Assembly (NCBI GenBank): GCA_946965045.2
Contig: OX337242.1
Location: 1,178,001 to 1,242,000 of the forward strand
Source: Epithemia pelagica
Taxonomy: Eukaryota; Protista; Bacillariophyta
Direction of reading: 5' to 3'
Length of the DNA stretch: 64,000 nucleotides
The notes under the pieces were generated by a model. The model was given only the letters and a program-made list of their open reading frames with translations. It was not told where the DNA came from and ran no database searches. The translations under genes were made by a program, and so were the position numbers. Positions 19,567-31,297 of this stretch are shown one piece after another (positions within the stretch are counted from its first letter, which is position 1; every line of letters starts with the position of its first letter).

Positions 19567-22257
19567 TTAATGATTCCATCCGCTGTGAGTTCCGTTTGCT
19601 TTTCGTGGATCGCGCAGCTGAAATCCATTGGTTCCGCGCGAGGCCGTCGTCATCGAAGGAAAACCAGAAGTCTGATAGCGACTACCGGAACCAGAAGCTG
19701 GAGCGGTATGGAATCTTGCCATTTGTTCACGCAGCAGAGGACTTCCCATTAGACGGGTTGCTGGGGTTGATTTGGCATGTACCACTGGTCGAGAACTAGG
19801 TCTAGGAGGGGGGTCTCTTTCGTCCTGATCTGAATCTGAGCTCCAACTGACAGATTTCGTTGTTTTTGAAATTTTGAGACGCTCTAGCTGTAGCTGAAGA
19901 CTTTCGTTTTGTCTTTTGAGATCTTCCATTTCGTTTTTGAGATTGTCGTTTTCACCGCGGAGTTCCGAAACCTCAGACTCGGCTGTTTCGGTAGAAGTCC
20001 TCAATGGTTTTTCCGGTGAATCCGGCAACGGATCATCGGAACTCTCCACTGTCGTTGTAGTGATTTCGACCGTTCTCGACCACTTCGTCTTTCCTGATTT
20101 GTCTATGTTTATTGCATGAGGACTTGTGCGGTCATGTCGACTTCCACTCCTATGGCTTTTCTTGTGAGGGGATTTATCCTGGGACTTCGAGCGTCTAGAT
20201 GGATACCTCGACTTGCTTTTCCTCGTTTTTCTATCGTTCGTCGACGAGTGGGGATACTCTTCGATGCTCTTAGCAGATGAAGGACTTTCACTTACTTCAC
20301 TCACAAAGTCATGGGATACAGGAGGTGGTTTTCCTGCCATCACAGCGACCCCAGGAAAGTCCGAGATTGCGGTCCTTTCCATCGGTATCACAACCCTTTC
20401 GTAAGATACCCCCTCGTCCTCGACTGGTGCAGATGCACGTCGGATCAGATCTTCAGCTGGCCTCAAGGAAGGAGCAGGGGGTGCGACGGGTGGGGGTAAT
20501 GAGAATTCATCAGCAGAGTCTGAACAGCTGTGTGTGACAGACTGGTCAAGATCACTGGGGTCGTTTTTCTTTGTTTTGGACAGAGCACCCGGCAGAAGTG
20601 GTTTGCATCTCAAGAGTTCCTCTTTGATGGAGCAGCTTGTCGCCGATTCTCTCTTTTTCTGACGATCTCTCTCGTGATTTCTTTCCGACAAGCCTTCGAC
20701 TCCTGTGTTGGCATGAGTCCATGATCTGTGAAATGGTGACCATAGTGATTGTATTTCTGCCATGAGTTCCTTTTTCTCAATATATTCTCTGTGTCCGGGA
20801 GATGTATTGAGCATCACGGATACAACCGCCCTGTCGGAATGGTTCGAGGAAAAATAAGGTTGGAGCAACATGGTTATTTTGTGCTGCAAGAATGGAACTT
20901 GGCGGGGCAGTGGCTTTTTGGAATGCGATTTTCCTCCAAGCAATTTCGTTTCCATTGTGATTTCGCTCACATTGTCGGATTCAGCTGCAGTTGGGTCCTT
21001 GCCCTGTCTCAGTAGTTCATTAAAAAGAATACTCCGGAGACAGTGAACTACAGCCGCATGTGCATCGCATCGATTTGGCATACTATCTTTCAGGCGATTT
21101 GAAACAAAACAATTTCTTTGCTTGGTTCGACTTCGATCCACATAACTTGCCATATCGAGAAAGGCGATCTTTCCTCCTCTTCTAACGGTATCGCCACTCT
21201 TTTCGTCAACAAGGACAGGTTCAATTTGGACAAGAACATGGCATTCATGACGGCGACTGCTGGCTTTTCGAATTCCAACAACAATGTCTTGAAGAGCCTC
21301 GCGGGCTTCTTCGCTGGATCGACATTGCCGAATCTGGGCGTTGGCAACACGAAAGTCATGTGTTAACGGGTTTTGATCAATGTAAAGTGTCTTTTCCAGA
21401 CTACCCAAGCTCCCAGATCTTGGTGACTGTCCACTGGACTCGGAAGCTGTACCGCTACTATGCCGCTCAAATGGTGGTCTTTGTTGTTCTTGCCCAGCTT
21501 GAGATGGTCGTGTTGCGTGCTGCAATAGATCGTAGAGCTTCCCCGCCTCTCCACTGCTGTTTTTGGGATTTTTTGGTTGATTGACTTGAAAGGCCGATAT
21601 TTTTACAACGAAAGCTCTTGATTTATCTCTGGAATTTGGTTTCTTCATCGAAGCCAGACGCTGGTACTGCCCAAACAACGAATCTGTCATTCGGGGAAGA
21701 ACACCATCGGATGAAACCTTACGTTTCAGACTTTGAGCGCAGCTTCCAAAACAAGTGTACGTCTTTCCCGAACCTGCAGTTCCTACTGCAATGTTTACAT
21801 GGGACCTTCGGATTGCCCGATCAGAGAACAAGGGCTCCATCGCTGCCAATGACATGGGTCTCCCAATCTCGGCAAAAATTTCTCCGTCTTGCGTCGCGTG
21901 CTCACCAAATACTTTGTTAAAGTGGAATTCCATTTCTTGGTTGTTGTTGTGGTATGTCCGAGCTGCTGTTTCTGGAGAGGCAAAGGGCATATTATTGGCA
22001 TTCGTGGGTCCTGACGCATGTTCCGATCGCGGTTGAGGACGTAGGACAACATAAGGATAGGTGCCAGAGTGTCGGACTTCATGTCTGGTTCGAGGAATCT
22101 CCACAACAATATGGTCATCACGTTCCTTCTTGTTGTTGAGTGGGCGAAGACGAAATGCCGAACGGAACTCTACGGGCAAGCTATCTTTTTTGGTGGATGC
22201 CCGATGCAAACGGTGGCGTGCACGATTTCGTCGCTCATCAACACGAGTGTCCGACAT
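19567..22257 (-). CDS. Divergent kinesin motor-domain protein with C-terminal coiled coil
   Basis: ATG 22257. Motifs RLRPL, FHFNKVF, P-loop GTAGSGKT, GVLPR, LYDLL, SSRRH, FLDMASYV, KITMLLQP and NTSP, then a heptad coiled coil. Confidence 0.8.
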   Translation of the reverse strand: MSDTRVDERRNRARHRLHRASTKKDSLPVEFRSAFRLRPLNNKKERDDHIVVEIPRTRHEVRHSGTYPYVVLRPQPRSEHASGPTNANNMPFASPETAARTYHNNNQEMEFHFNKVFGEHATQDGEIFAEIGRPMSLAAMEPLFSDRAIRRSHVNIAVGTAGSGKTYTCFGSCAQSLKRKVSSDGVLPRMTDSLFGQYQRLASMKKPNSRDKSRAFVVKISAFQVNQPKNPKNSSGEAGKLYDLLQHATRPSQAGQEQQRPPFERHSSGTASESSGQSPRSGSLGSLEKTLYIDQNPLTHDFRVANAQIRQCRSSEEAREALQDIVVGIRKASSRRHECHVLVQIEPVLVDEKSGDTVRRGGKIAFLDMASYVDRSRTKQRNCFVSNRLKDSMPNRCDAHAAVVHCLRSILFNELLRQGKDPTAAESDNVSEITMETKLLGGKSHSKKPLPRQVPFLQHKITMLLQPYFSSNHSDRAVVSVMLNTSPGHREYIEKKELMAEIQSLWSPFHRSWTHANTGVEGLSERNHERDRQKKRESATSCSIKEELLRCKPLLPGALSKTKKNDPSDLDQSVTHSCSDSADEFSLPPPVAPPAPSLRPAEDLIRRASAPVEDEGVSYERVVIPMERTAISDFPGVAVMAGKPPPVSHDFVSEVSESPSSAKSIEEYPHSSTNDRKTRKSKSRYPSRRSKSQDKSPHKKSHRSGSRHDRTSPHAINIDKSGKTKWSRTVEITTTTVESSDDPLPDSPEKPLRTSTETAESEVSELRGENDNLKNEMEDLKRQNESLQLQLERLKISKTTKSVSWSSDSDQDERDPPPRPSSRPVVHAKSTPATRLMGSPLLREQMARFHTAPASGSGSRYQTSGFPSMTTASRGTNGFQLRDPRKANGTHSGWNH

Positions 22258-22599
22258 TGTACCTGGAAAACTATTCAATGGCCGAAGAACAACTGGCTAA
22301 GTATATAGAGCTTCCAAGTCTCGAAAGGAATCGAGAAAGCAACAAGGAGTAGAAAAGATAAAGTAAGGGAGGAATTCAATAGACAGAGCGTTGACAGTCA
22401 GTTTTCTTTGTTGGCAAGAAGACAATCGCCAGAAGACATGAGGACAAAACGGTTGTGGTCAAACTTGGTCCCACAAGGAAACGAGTCGCCACCATGCGAT
22501 AATAACGTATATTTAACGGTTTTATTAAGTCGACCGACCGTCGACAAATCGTCGCACATGATCCCCCAAAACTGATGATGTCAGTGTTTCAGTCCCGGA

Positions 22600-22716
22600 T
22601 AGTTCGTGACTGTTCTATTGCTACTTGCTACCCAGTGCCCTATATTCGAAAATTAGTCCTGGATAGGAGTAGTTCGTGACTGTTCTATTGCTACCCACTG
22701 CCCTATATTCGAAAAT
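22600..22716. repeat. Imperfect direct repeat (about 50 bp, two copies)
   Basis: TAGTTCGTGACTGTTCTATTGCTAC..CCCA(G/C)TGCCCTATATTCGAAAAT at 22600-22653 and 22670-22716. Confidence 0.85.
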
Positions 22717-22787
22717 CCAATAAGCTACTCCGAGTACGGAAGAGCGTAAGAGCAAATAATACGTTACCTTCACTTCAACTATCCGAT

Positions 22788-24385
22788 CTATGCAAAGGCC
22801 CATGACGATGAGCGCCTTTCTTGATGAATTTCTTCATCATAGTCCTCATGCATACAATGTTCGTCGTACATACTGGACTGCACCATTCCCATTATGACTG
22901 TGCTGCGTCTTCGGTCTGCTTCCACCTGCGCCGAGTATCGCTTCTTTCGTTGGGGTTGTTTCGTTCCGACCAACGAGCTTGATTCATCTGCAATCGTCTC
23001 GTCGAAAGTATCCATGATCTTTTCCTTGCGCAAGTTTCGCATCAAAAGCACCACGACTCCAGCAAAAACCATCATGGACATGGTCGGTGAGGCCACCACA
23101 AATGGCGAAAATTCTCGATGATCCGGGCTACTTTCGACATCTTCCGGATCCCGCAGGACAAAGCTCGCCACCAATCCAGGAGTCACAAAACCAGCGACAG
23201 AAGCAAACATAGACAAGACTGCTTGCATGGTACCTTGGTGCTGCTCCAATGCAGGAATATCATCGACCGCTTTCGTGAAGAGAGATCGAGTAGGGGCTGC
23301 CAGATAAGGATATGCTGACACACCCAAAACAGCCGGGAGAACATATTGCCATGGTTCAGCCTGCCATCGCCACAAGTGCCAGACAAGAAAAAAGCCAGTG
23401 GCACTCACGGTCGCTCCGAACAGCATAATGTGTTCATCGCGAACCTTTCTCGAGCTCAGAGAAAAGACAACCATCATGTTCAGCAAAACGAAAATGGACA
23501 TTGATCCCAAGATTCCTGAAACACCTACAGGCGACCATCCCATACCGTGAGACGCTGCCGGGGCCAATCCTGCTTCGATGATTTGGAAACTCGAGTTGAA
23601 AGTGAACATGGCAAAGACTGGTACCATGATTTCAAAACAGAATAGTGAACGGACAATCGCCCACAATCGATTACCATCACGTGACGTCTCCTCTTTTGGA
23701 GGAGCTGTATGATCTGTCTTCGGCTCTTCCAAAAATAACAATATCGAAGACAAGGCCAAAAGATTCGAGGCAAGAAGCACGAGGCCGACCGAGTTGAGCG
23801 AATCAATTTTGAATCCAAAAATTTCAGTGTCAATCTCAGCCAAAAAGTAGTTTAATCCAGGTCCTGTTGACATTCCAATAATACGTGTCATACTCAACAA
23901 CGAGTTGGTCTGTGTTTGTTCTTCGTGTGGGACGACTTTGGCCAAATAGGCATACCCCAAGGCTGCACTCGCCGCACCCACACCGCCCATTAGACGACCA
24001 ATCAACATGAGTGTCACAGCTTTATTCCCATAAAAGGCACTGGCAAGCATATAGATCAACCCTCCAGCAGCTGAAATCAAAAGACAAATGATATAGGGCA
24101 TTCGAAAACCGTAACGATCCGAAGCCATTCCCACAAAAGGCTTGGCGCAAAAGGATGAAAAGCTAAATGCGGACAAGATGATACCATACGTATTACGTGA
24201 TCCACCATGTGCAAGCACATAAAAAATAATGGACGGAGCCACGACCATGTACGAAACTTAAAAAGACATGAAAAACAGTGAGATCGACACCGATCCGCCT
24301 TTTCGAAAAAATACAAGGTTGACTTACTGGCATCAATGATGCCTACCAGCCCAAGGGCAAATAGGAACTTGGGAAACTTCACCAT
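22788..24385 (-). CDS. Major facilitator superfamily transporter (MFSD8-like)
   Basis: Exon 24385-24328, intron 24327-24257 (GTAAGT..TAAG), exon 24256-22788. It has MFS motif A (GMASDRYGFR), GRLMGGVG and about 12 TM segments. Confidence 0.9.
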
Positions 24386-24843
24386 GGAGTCCGCTTCACG
24401 TCTCGTCGACTTCCCTTTAGGCCAATTGTCAAAGATTCTTTCGTTAGTTGCAACTTGCGACGTCGAACTTGGAACGGCTTTGGTTTTTGATTCGAACGAG
24501 AAAAAGACGAGGAAATGGTGGGGCGGACGCATGACGTAATCGATCATCACGCAAAGCATGATCGGGAGATTCGTAGAGCATCGAAGAGCGTCGCGAGAGA
24601 TCTTTTTACTCGCTCCGTGGGGGTGCATAGTTTATTGTAACCCTGCTAGGTAGACCTCTCTCTAGTATGACTACTCCTACCTAGGAGTAGCCGACAAAAA
24701 CACGAGATGCAATAGGAGTACCTCTTCATTACATCCCACTCCTACTCCTACTCCTATAACATACGGCAGCCACAACAACTACTCCTCGAGGGCAGTAGGT
24801 AGATGGTTTTTGTTGGAAACTTGGAGACTGACAAAGTGTATCT

Positions 24844-26109
24844 TTATATTATGCTCTTTCCCATGAAGCTGGTAATGATTCGCAGTCCTAATTCGACGGT
24901 TTCCCGAGCACCGTCGGCGTGGGACAGGGTCGGATTCAATTCGACAATTTCCGCACTGGCCAGATTGCCGGTATAGGCCACACTTTCCGCAACATAATGA
25001 GCTTCCCGATAGGTGAGACCACCGCGAACTGTCGTGCCCGTCGCCGGTGCCAAGAGAGGATCAATGGCATCAATGTCGTAGGACAAGTGCAGTCGACGAT
25101 TCGGATTGTTTTTGAGCAAATGATCGAGGGCCATTTCCATGGTTTTACCAATCCCATATCGATCAATCTCATGCATCGTATACGCCGGAATCTTTAACGA
25201 CCGAATCAGGCGACGTTCGGCCGGATCCACATCACGTAGACCAATGTAGACAATCGAATCCGGGGGTAGTTGAGGTATTGCATGCTCCTTCATCCATCCA
25301 AGTCCAGGAATAGATGCGACGTTCAATGGTGGATGCATTCCTTTGATATTGAGACCAATCGGCATGCCATGCATATTCCCTGACTCGGAAATGTAGGGTG
25401 TATTCAAATCAGCGTGGGCATCGATCCAAAGTATGCCAGTATCAGGATAAAGGGATAATATACCTGCCAGACTACCGATGCCAATGCTGTGATCTCCACC
25501 CAATATCAACGGAAAACTACCCTCTTGGAGCTTTTCTTTCACCGTCTCGAATACTTTGTAGGCCCCGAGGCCCACCAACTCTGAATTTTTCGCACTAAAA
25601 TTCGGCGGTGCAAACGATTCGGCGGAAGACGATGAAGAATTGACTGAGGTTTGAGATGTTTCGAATGACAAGTCAGGGAGGTCTTCAATTCTCCAACCCA
25701 ATTTCGATAGCATCTCCCTCAAGCCGGCTTCTCGCAACAAGGATGGACCACTGTCGGTTCCTGTATATGGCTGTCCATAGGTCATTGGGGCACCAATGAT
25801 GCTGCAAGTGTGTGGCATTCTGGTGTGTTGAAACAAGGGAGGCCGGTCTTCTCCCACTATTGGATCTCGGCCCAACATTTGATCCGACACATTGCCATAT
25901 CCGGCACCGGTTCGATTGGTGGGTGTCGAACTCAAACCACGACAGAAGCAATCACCGGTGACAGAGATAGTACCATGTTTGCGTGGAATCTTTGGATACA
26001 CTACCGACGAAGAGAGAAGACCTCGTCCTCCATACGTATTTTGCCTGCAAGTTAGAGATATATTTGCCAGCGCCGATGGACTCCATTTGGACAGAATTCC
26101 GTTCCTCAT
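24844..26109 (-). CDS. ARG: Arginase with probable mitochondrial presequence
   Basis: Ureohydrolase motifs GGDHSIG, WIDAHADLNTP, SGNMHGMP, IGLRDVD, SYDIDAIDP..PATGT..GG and VELNP. The N-terminal extension is Ser/Arg-rich. Confidence 0.95.
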   Translation of the reverse strand: MRNGILSKWSPSALANISLTCRQNTYGGRGLLSSSVVYPKIPRKHGTISVTGDCFCRGLSSTPTNRTGAGYGNVSDQMLGRDPIVGEDRPPLFQHTRMPHTCSIIGAPMTYGQPYTGTDSGPSLLREAGLREMLSKLGWRIEDLPDLSFETSQTSVNSSSSSAESFAPPNFSAKNSELVGLGAYKVFETVKEKLQEGSFPLILGGDHSIGIGSLAGILSLYPDTGILWIDAHADLNTPYISESGNMHGMPIGLNIKGMHPPLNVASIPGLGWMKEHAIPQLPPDSIVYIGLRDVDPAERRLIRSLKIPAYTMHEIDRYGIGKTMEMALDHLLKNNPNRRLHLSYDIDAIDPLLAPATGTTVRGGLTYREAHYVAESVAYTGNLASAEIVELNPTLSHADGARETVELGLRIITSFMGKSII

Positions 26110-26746
26110 CTTCTCTCAAAATCTTGGAGCAACCACCGTGAGGATCCAAAGATACCTTACCACAGAATTCACGACCCATTCTGTTGTTCCGCGTTTGCAC
26201 TTCAGTAGGAGTTAGCTGAGGTAGTCTATGCTATCCTAACTCTAAAATCATCACTACTCTACCTACTCCTACCAGTTCTTTCCATGGGAATGGACTCCTC
26301 TCTAGAGGAGTACTCCTACTTACTTTACACTTCTAAACTTGATTTCACCATGGTGGCAGTGGGCTCAACGGTGATAAAATAGGTTAACCCTACATTTTCT
26401 AGAGACTCCGTCTGTTCGTGGATTCAGAGTGTTGTTGCTGCCTCAAGCGACAATCAAGGATATTCCAACCAACCGAAGAGCATTTTTAATGGTTTCATCC
26501 AATGCTTGCAAGAGGACAAGCACTGAATGGTACCCTTGATGGTTTGTTTGACTAGGCTCTGAAAACTGACGAAAGTGTCTCCTATCATCTTCGATCATGT
26601 GGCAACGTACGAAATGTGTGAAATGTAGTTTCATTTAGAATAACGTTAAGTATGCCCTTGCCAATCGATCATCCTTTTTGGTCTTAAAACAACAGTGCAA
26701 AAGCTTGCACAGTCATTTGAGTTCGGCGCTACGAATGTTCATGTTC

Positions 26747-28258
26747 TTATGCATGTTCTTCTCGTCGATGATTCTTGCTCACTCGGCGACCGCTTACGAC
26801 GGCCTTGACTCTGTTGCCGTTTGACTTGGTGGAATTCTTGTGAGCAATCCTGGCCAGCAATTCATCTCGAGACACTCCACCTTCAGGATCCGAAGAACCA
26901 TCACGAAGTGTTTTGGGTGATTTCTCGTCACCACACATACTGTTTGTTCCAGACGCGTCCGTTTCTCCCTCGGCACCTTCTTGCATCATGGGTCGACAAA
27001 CCTCAGTCGTCATATTCGCCACTTCGCTTCCCAAACATGTCACGAAATGCGTGAAACTCTCATCGTCCTTAGGGTCCAAGATTCCAAAATGGTTGGTGTC
27101 CTTTTCCTTTGCGCTTCGTTTGCTTTCCTTGGGAGGAACCGCTGTCATTTTTTGCTTGGTTTCTCCACCCTCCACAAGAGCGTTGGGCAAGAGAGCTGTC
27201 ATATTGTCAAATCGGTTCGTCAATTTTTTCCATGTGAGCAACTTTTCATTCCACTCTTCCTTCAACACCTCCAGAATAAGCTTCTTTTTAATGGGAGTGT
27301 CATAGGGAGGGAGAAAATTGGGAAGAAACTGATGGGTGATGTTCTGTAAAATGGCAAACAACATTTCTCGTCAGTTTTAGAGTTCTTCGATTTCGACTTT
27401 CATAGATGCAGTTGACATCCCACTTACGTTGCGGTCCGTAAAGAGCCAAAGTCCAGAACGATAGTAGTCATCAAGATGATCGTCCTCGTCCTCAGTCTCT
27501 CCATCTTTCTTTTCATCATGGCCCATTGACTTGGGCTCTCGGCGAACACACTTCACCACTTCAATCTCGGCACCAACACCATCTCTGGAGGGTGCCAAGG
27601 GCTGTGTTCCTCGTTCCATCCACTTGTCGCAGATATCCTGGCACTTTTTGAAGTACGCCTGTCGGGCCTTGTCGGATCGGAATTCCGCTTTGCGCAGAAT
27701 TGTGGAATGGAATGCACCAGGCGTGAACCGGGAGGCAAACTGAAACTTGTGAAACAACTGATTTTGGATGAATCGCAATTGCCAGTTGAGCGGCAACGGG
27801 GCCGAAGAGTCGTTGAAATTGGGCACAGGTGGAACCATGTCAAACCGAATTTCCAATTCCGGAGGCTTGTCAGCATTCGCCACCACAGCGGTCGGTACCA
27901 CCGTGATTTCAGGAATCAAAATTTCTCCACTGCGCAAGGCCTCCACCACCATATCCTGGGGAAGACCACCCCAATCTTGACGGTAGGTTCCGATTCGCAT
28001 AATCTCCACGTGAGCGGAATCCGTGGCAGCAAGCTTGTACGACGTGGGAGGTCCAGGTTCACCACCACCGACCAGCCAGCCGTCATCGTTGGTACTAAAC
28101 ACATGCTCATAATCACGGTCCTGCACCAAATCCAAGTCAAACGCCTGTTGGTGAGTCACCGAATTCGGGTGACCGCGTTTGCCTTTGCGAGACAAACTCA
28201 AGCCAAGAAAGGCCAGCCCATCCACTTTGGAGTGGTACTTGTCCAAAACAGGAGGCAT
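26747..28258 (-). CDS. Hypothetical protein, possibly 2H-phosphoesterase-like
   Basis: Exon 28258-27428, intron 27427-27344 (GTAAGT..TACAG), exon 27343-26747, which splice in frame. One HxT motif (FHSTIL) and one degenerate copy (AHVEIM). Confidence 0.6.
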
Positions 28259-28651
28259 GATACTCTTTAGAAAAGCACACGACGAAATGTGCTTGACCCA
28301 ATACCCGTCAAGAACAACCACAATCTTTACCTCTCGAAGCGCAAAACACACCCAATGCTGGAAATCGTGAGAGCGATTGTCTTGGCGGATCAGTTGGATG
28401 AGGGATTGCCGCCTTGCTTGGCATTGCTTCATAGAACAAAAGCCCTTCCTGACGCGCGTGAAAAGCACACATTCATCGTGTAATTATTCATGCCTTTTCG
28501 CGCCCGCCGGACGACTCATTACAGAGACAGAGAAGGAGTCGCCGTGGGAAGCGAAATAGTTCGCCGAAAGCACACGCACGAGCCGTCCGAGATGCGGAAG
28601 CGATGGGGTATTGTAGGTCTAAGTAAGTCTAACGTCCCGGTGAGTACCGGA

Positions 28652-28659
28652 TGACGTCA
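28652..28659. promoter_or_regulatory. TGACGTCA (CRE/bZIP-type) palindrome in a divergent promoter
   Basis: The exact palindrome lies about 30 nt upstream of ATG 28690. Function is not shown. Confidence 0.2.
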
Positions 28660-28689
28660 GGGGAAGTGCAACAACAAACACCATCGACC

Positions 28690-30507
28690 ATGGACACAAC
28701 AGACCGCCAGAACGCGGCTGCAATACTGGATGCTCTACGTGCATCAGTGACACGTCCTGGAACTAACGTTGTGCATACAGTGGAACAAATTGTTTTATAT
28801 GAAGCGGAAATAAAAAATTACATTCCGTAGCCGCCGCAACCCACAGCAGGAGTAGACGACTGGCAACGAATTTCAGCCGCTTTACGAGACCATGCGAGTC
28901 TTCTATCGTGTCTTTCTCCAACGATCCTGCCACCAACTTCAGTGACACAGCACAATCGAGTTCGTCTAGAGGCGCAGAGGTTTCTTCTGATTCGTCAACC
29001 AATCTTTTCCAGATACGAAGCAGCCATTTTGGATGATCCACGACAATTTTTCGGCCTTGTAGGGCCGCAAGGGTTTGGAAAGTCGGCTTTTCTTTATTGT
29101 TTCGCTGTCAAATACAGCGCCGCCCCTGAGTATCTTGTTGTTTTCCTTCCAGAATTTCCACCAGATGCCACCTCCTTCCTACAGAAATCTTTGGCGCGCG
29201 CATTTTACCGAGGCTGCCGGATTGCTCAGCTCACAGGTTACGCTGAGCAGACACTTGACGACGATCTTGGCACAATGATTCAAAAGTTCTCTGATTTCGC
29301 TGCCGAAAATGGAAAGAAACTGATATTAGTGATTGACCAAATGAATGCGAACGCCAGTCATTTCTCCTCAACTCTCATGGTTTTGCGCGGCGTTAACAGG
29401 GTCAAAGTGGTCCTTTCTTCATCAACGAGCAACCAAGTGTCCACAGTTTTTGGAAGCACCTATGAGACCCTCAAGCGCTACTCATTTCGACTCTCGTTGG
29501 CCGAGGCTACTCTCTTGCAGGGAGGTGGAGCCACTCAACTAAACCCAGCCGAAATAGCTGGGTTACCCTTTCAAGTTGCGGCTGAAAAGATACGTGGGGT
29601 CTTGGTACCCTTGTCAGAATTGGCGTAGCAACATGGTCATTTTTTGCTGCAGCTGGGAAACAACCCTGAAGGTCAAATGACTTACGTTTACTTACAAATG
29701 GCTGCTGATTCAGTCGTCAAAGCTGCAGAAATGGACTGCAACTTCGGGCGTGCACTTGATGGGGATCTTTTCTATGTTGAGGAATCTCGAGGACGAGGAG
29801 GAGGCTTTTGCATCAAGGAGCATCGTGTCGGCCTTGCAGCCGAAATTATTGCATACATGAAGTCTCGACCGGGAGACTACGAAAACTACCTCCTTGGATT
29901 GATTCAGAACCCGAATTTCTTGCAACTGGATCCTGGGGCACGAGGGAGAATTATGGAGGATTGCTACGGAGTAAAATTCTGACGAGGAGGTGTCAAGCTG
30001 CCATTTTGCGAGATTCCAGGATGTGGAAAAACAAATCCACGGAGTCTTAGCATCGATACAAATTCCATGACTGTTGTTGAAGTCCCTGGATCTGACGAAG
30101 AAGTGCCAGAGACCGTACAGTGGGGCACTGCAGTCACTGCAGTTGTTTTCGTTCCTCTTGAACGACAATACAAAGGTGTCGACTTCATCGCTGCTAGGAA
30201 AACCGACACTTCAGTGTACGTCTACTTTATTCAGTGCACCATACAGCACCCCCAAGAGCAGGGTATTTGCGAGTCTAATCTGTACGAACGATGGTGTAGC
30301 TTGTTGAAAACATCAACAAATATGTCTATTCAACCGTTTCTGGTTTACCTGACACCGCACGGAACCAATCTGAATGTTCCCGGGCCAGCATCAATGGCCA
30401 ATTTTTTCTCAAGAAAGGCAAAATTGCATGTACAATTTGCCCAAGTTGAGACAGACCACACCCTTTCCGCTCATATCAAAAAGCAATACCCAATCAACAC
30501 GGCATGA
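28690..30507 (+). pseudogene. Crinkler/RHS-type P-loop NTPase plus REase-fold gene with three in-frame stops
   Basis: Single frame from ATG 28690 to TGA 30505-30507, with stops at 28828 (TAG), 29626 (TAG) and 29980 (TGA) and no frameshift. It has Walker A GPQGFGKS, Walker B LILVIDQ and the C-terminal GVDFIAARK..VYFIQCT typical of CR-REase. Confidence 0.75.
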
Positions 30508-31120
30508 AATGACATTGTATATTAACTAACCGAGTAGGTCTATGGTTTCGAGACCTGACCGTCCTCTGTGCTAGTTTGGTCAGTGCGGTGGAGCTCGTAT
30601 ATGCAGACGAGCCAGAATCTGTGGTATCCAGGCAATACACGGTAAAGAAGGCAACTGTGTTGACAGCTCGATAGAGTCCAGGGTCGTGTAGTGTTGACAT
30701 TCGAAGGATTGGAATGGCGACACAATCTGAGAGGCACTATTTCGTGCAATGAGATGCACGGTTTGTTTTATTACTTTTCGGGCAGACTTCTGTAAAAGTA
30801 TATCGGATACACATACATATCTGCTTTTCCTCTCTCGGGCCAGGTAGTGTCGAATTGTCTCCGTGTACCGAATAGGAAGGACAGTAGCGTATGGTATTGT
30901 GGTACCATATCTGGTGGACCATATTGTCTTTTTCCCGTTTGTGGTGTGCCCTTCTACTCCGGTCCTCAACTCTGTTAGTATCCGGTCTTGGCCCCATTGC
31001 CCCCAATAGAATACCCTACATTTGCCCTCCACAATGATATTTCGTTCTTCCAATGAGGATGTATGTAGATCGTGGGAGAAATTTTTTCGACTGGTGACTT
31101 TCTAGTCAGAATGTTTCTTA

Positions 31121-31171
31121 ATTGTAGGAGAAACTATCAAAGTTTCATCATTGTAGGAGTAACTATCAAAG
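31121..31171. repeat. 22-bp direct repeat, two copies
   Basis: ATTGTAGGAG(A/T)AACTATCAAAG at 31121-31142 and 31150-31171. Confidence 0.8.
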
Positions 31172-31297
31172 GTCCAGCCTCTATAGAGTCTACATATAGC
31201 CTGGGTTCATAACATGACTTTACAAGTCGACACCACTGCGATCGCAGAACTTCATACTGCGTAACATACAAGAGACGTTTGCAGTGTATCCTCTCCT

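Noticed and set aside
22600-22716. CRISPR-like repeat-spacer
   Set aside because: There are only two imperfect copies, no regular spacers and no cas genes, and the context is eukaryotic. The same applies to 12872-12941 and 58712-58757.
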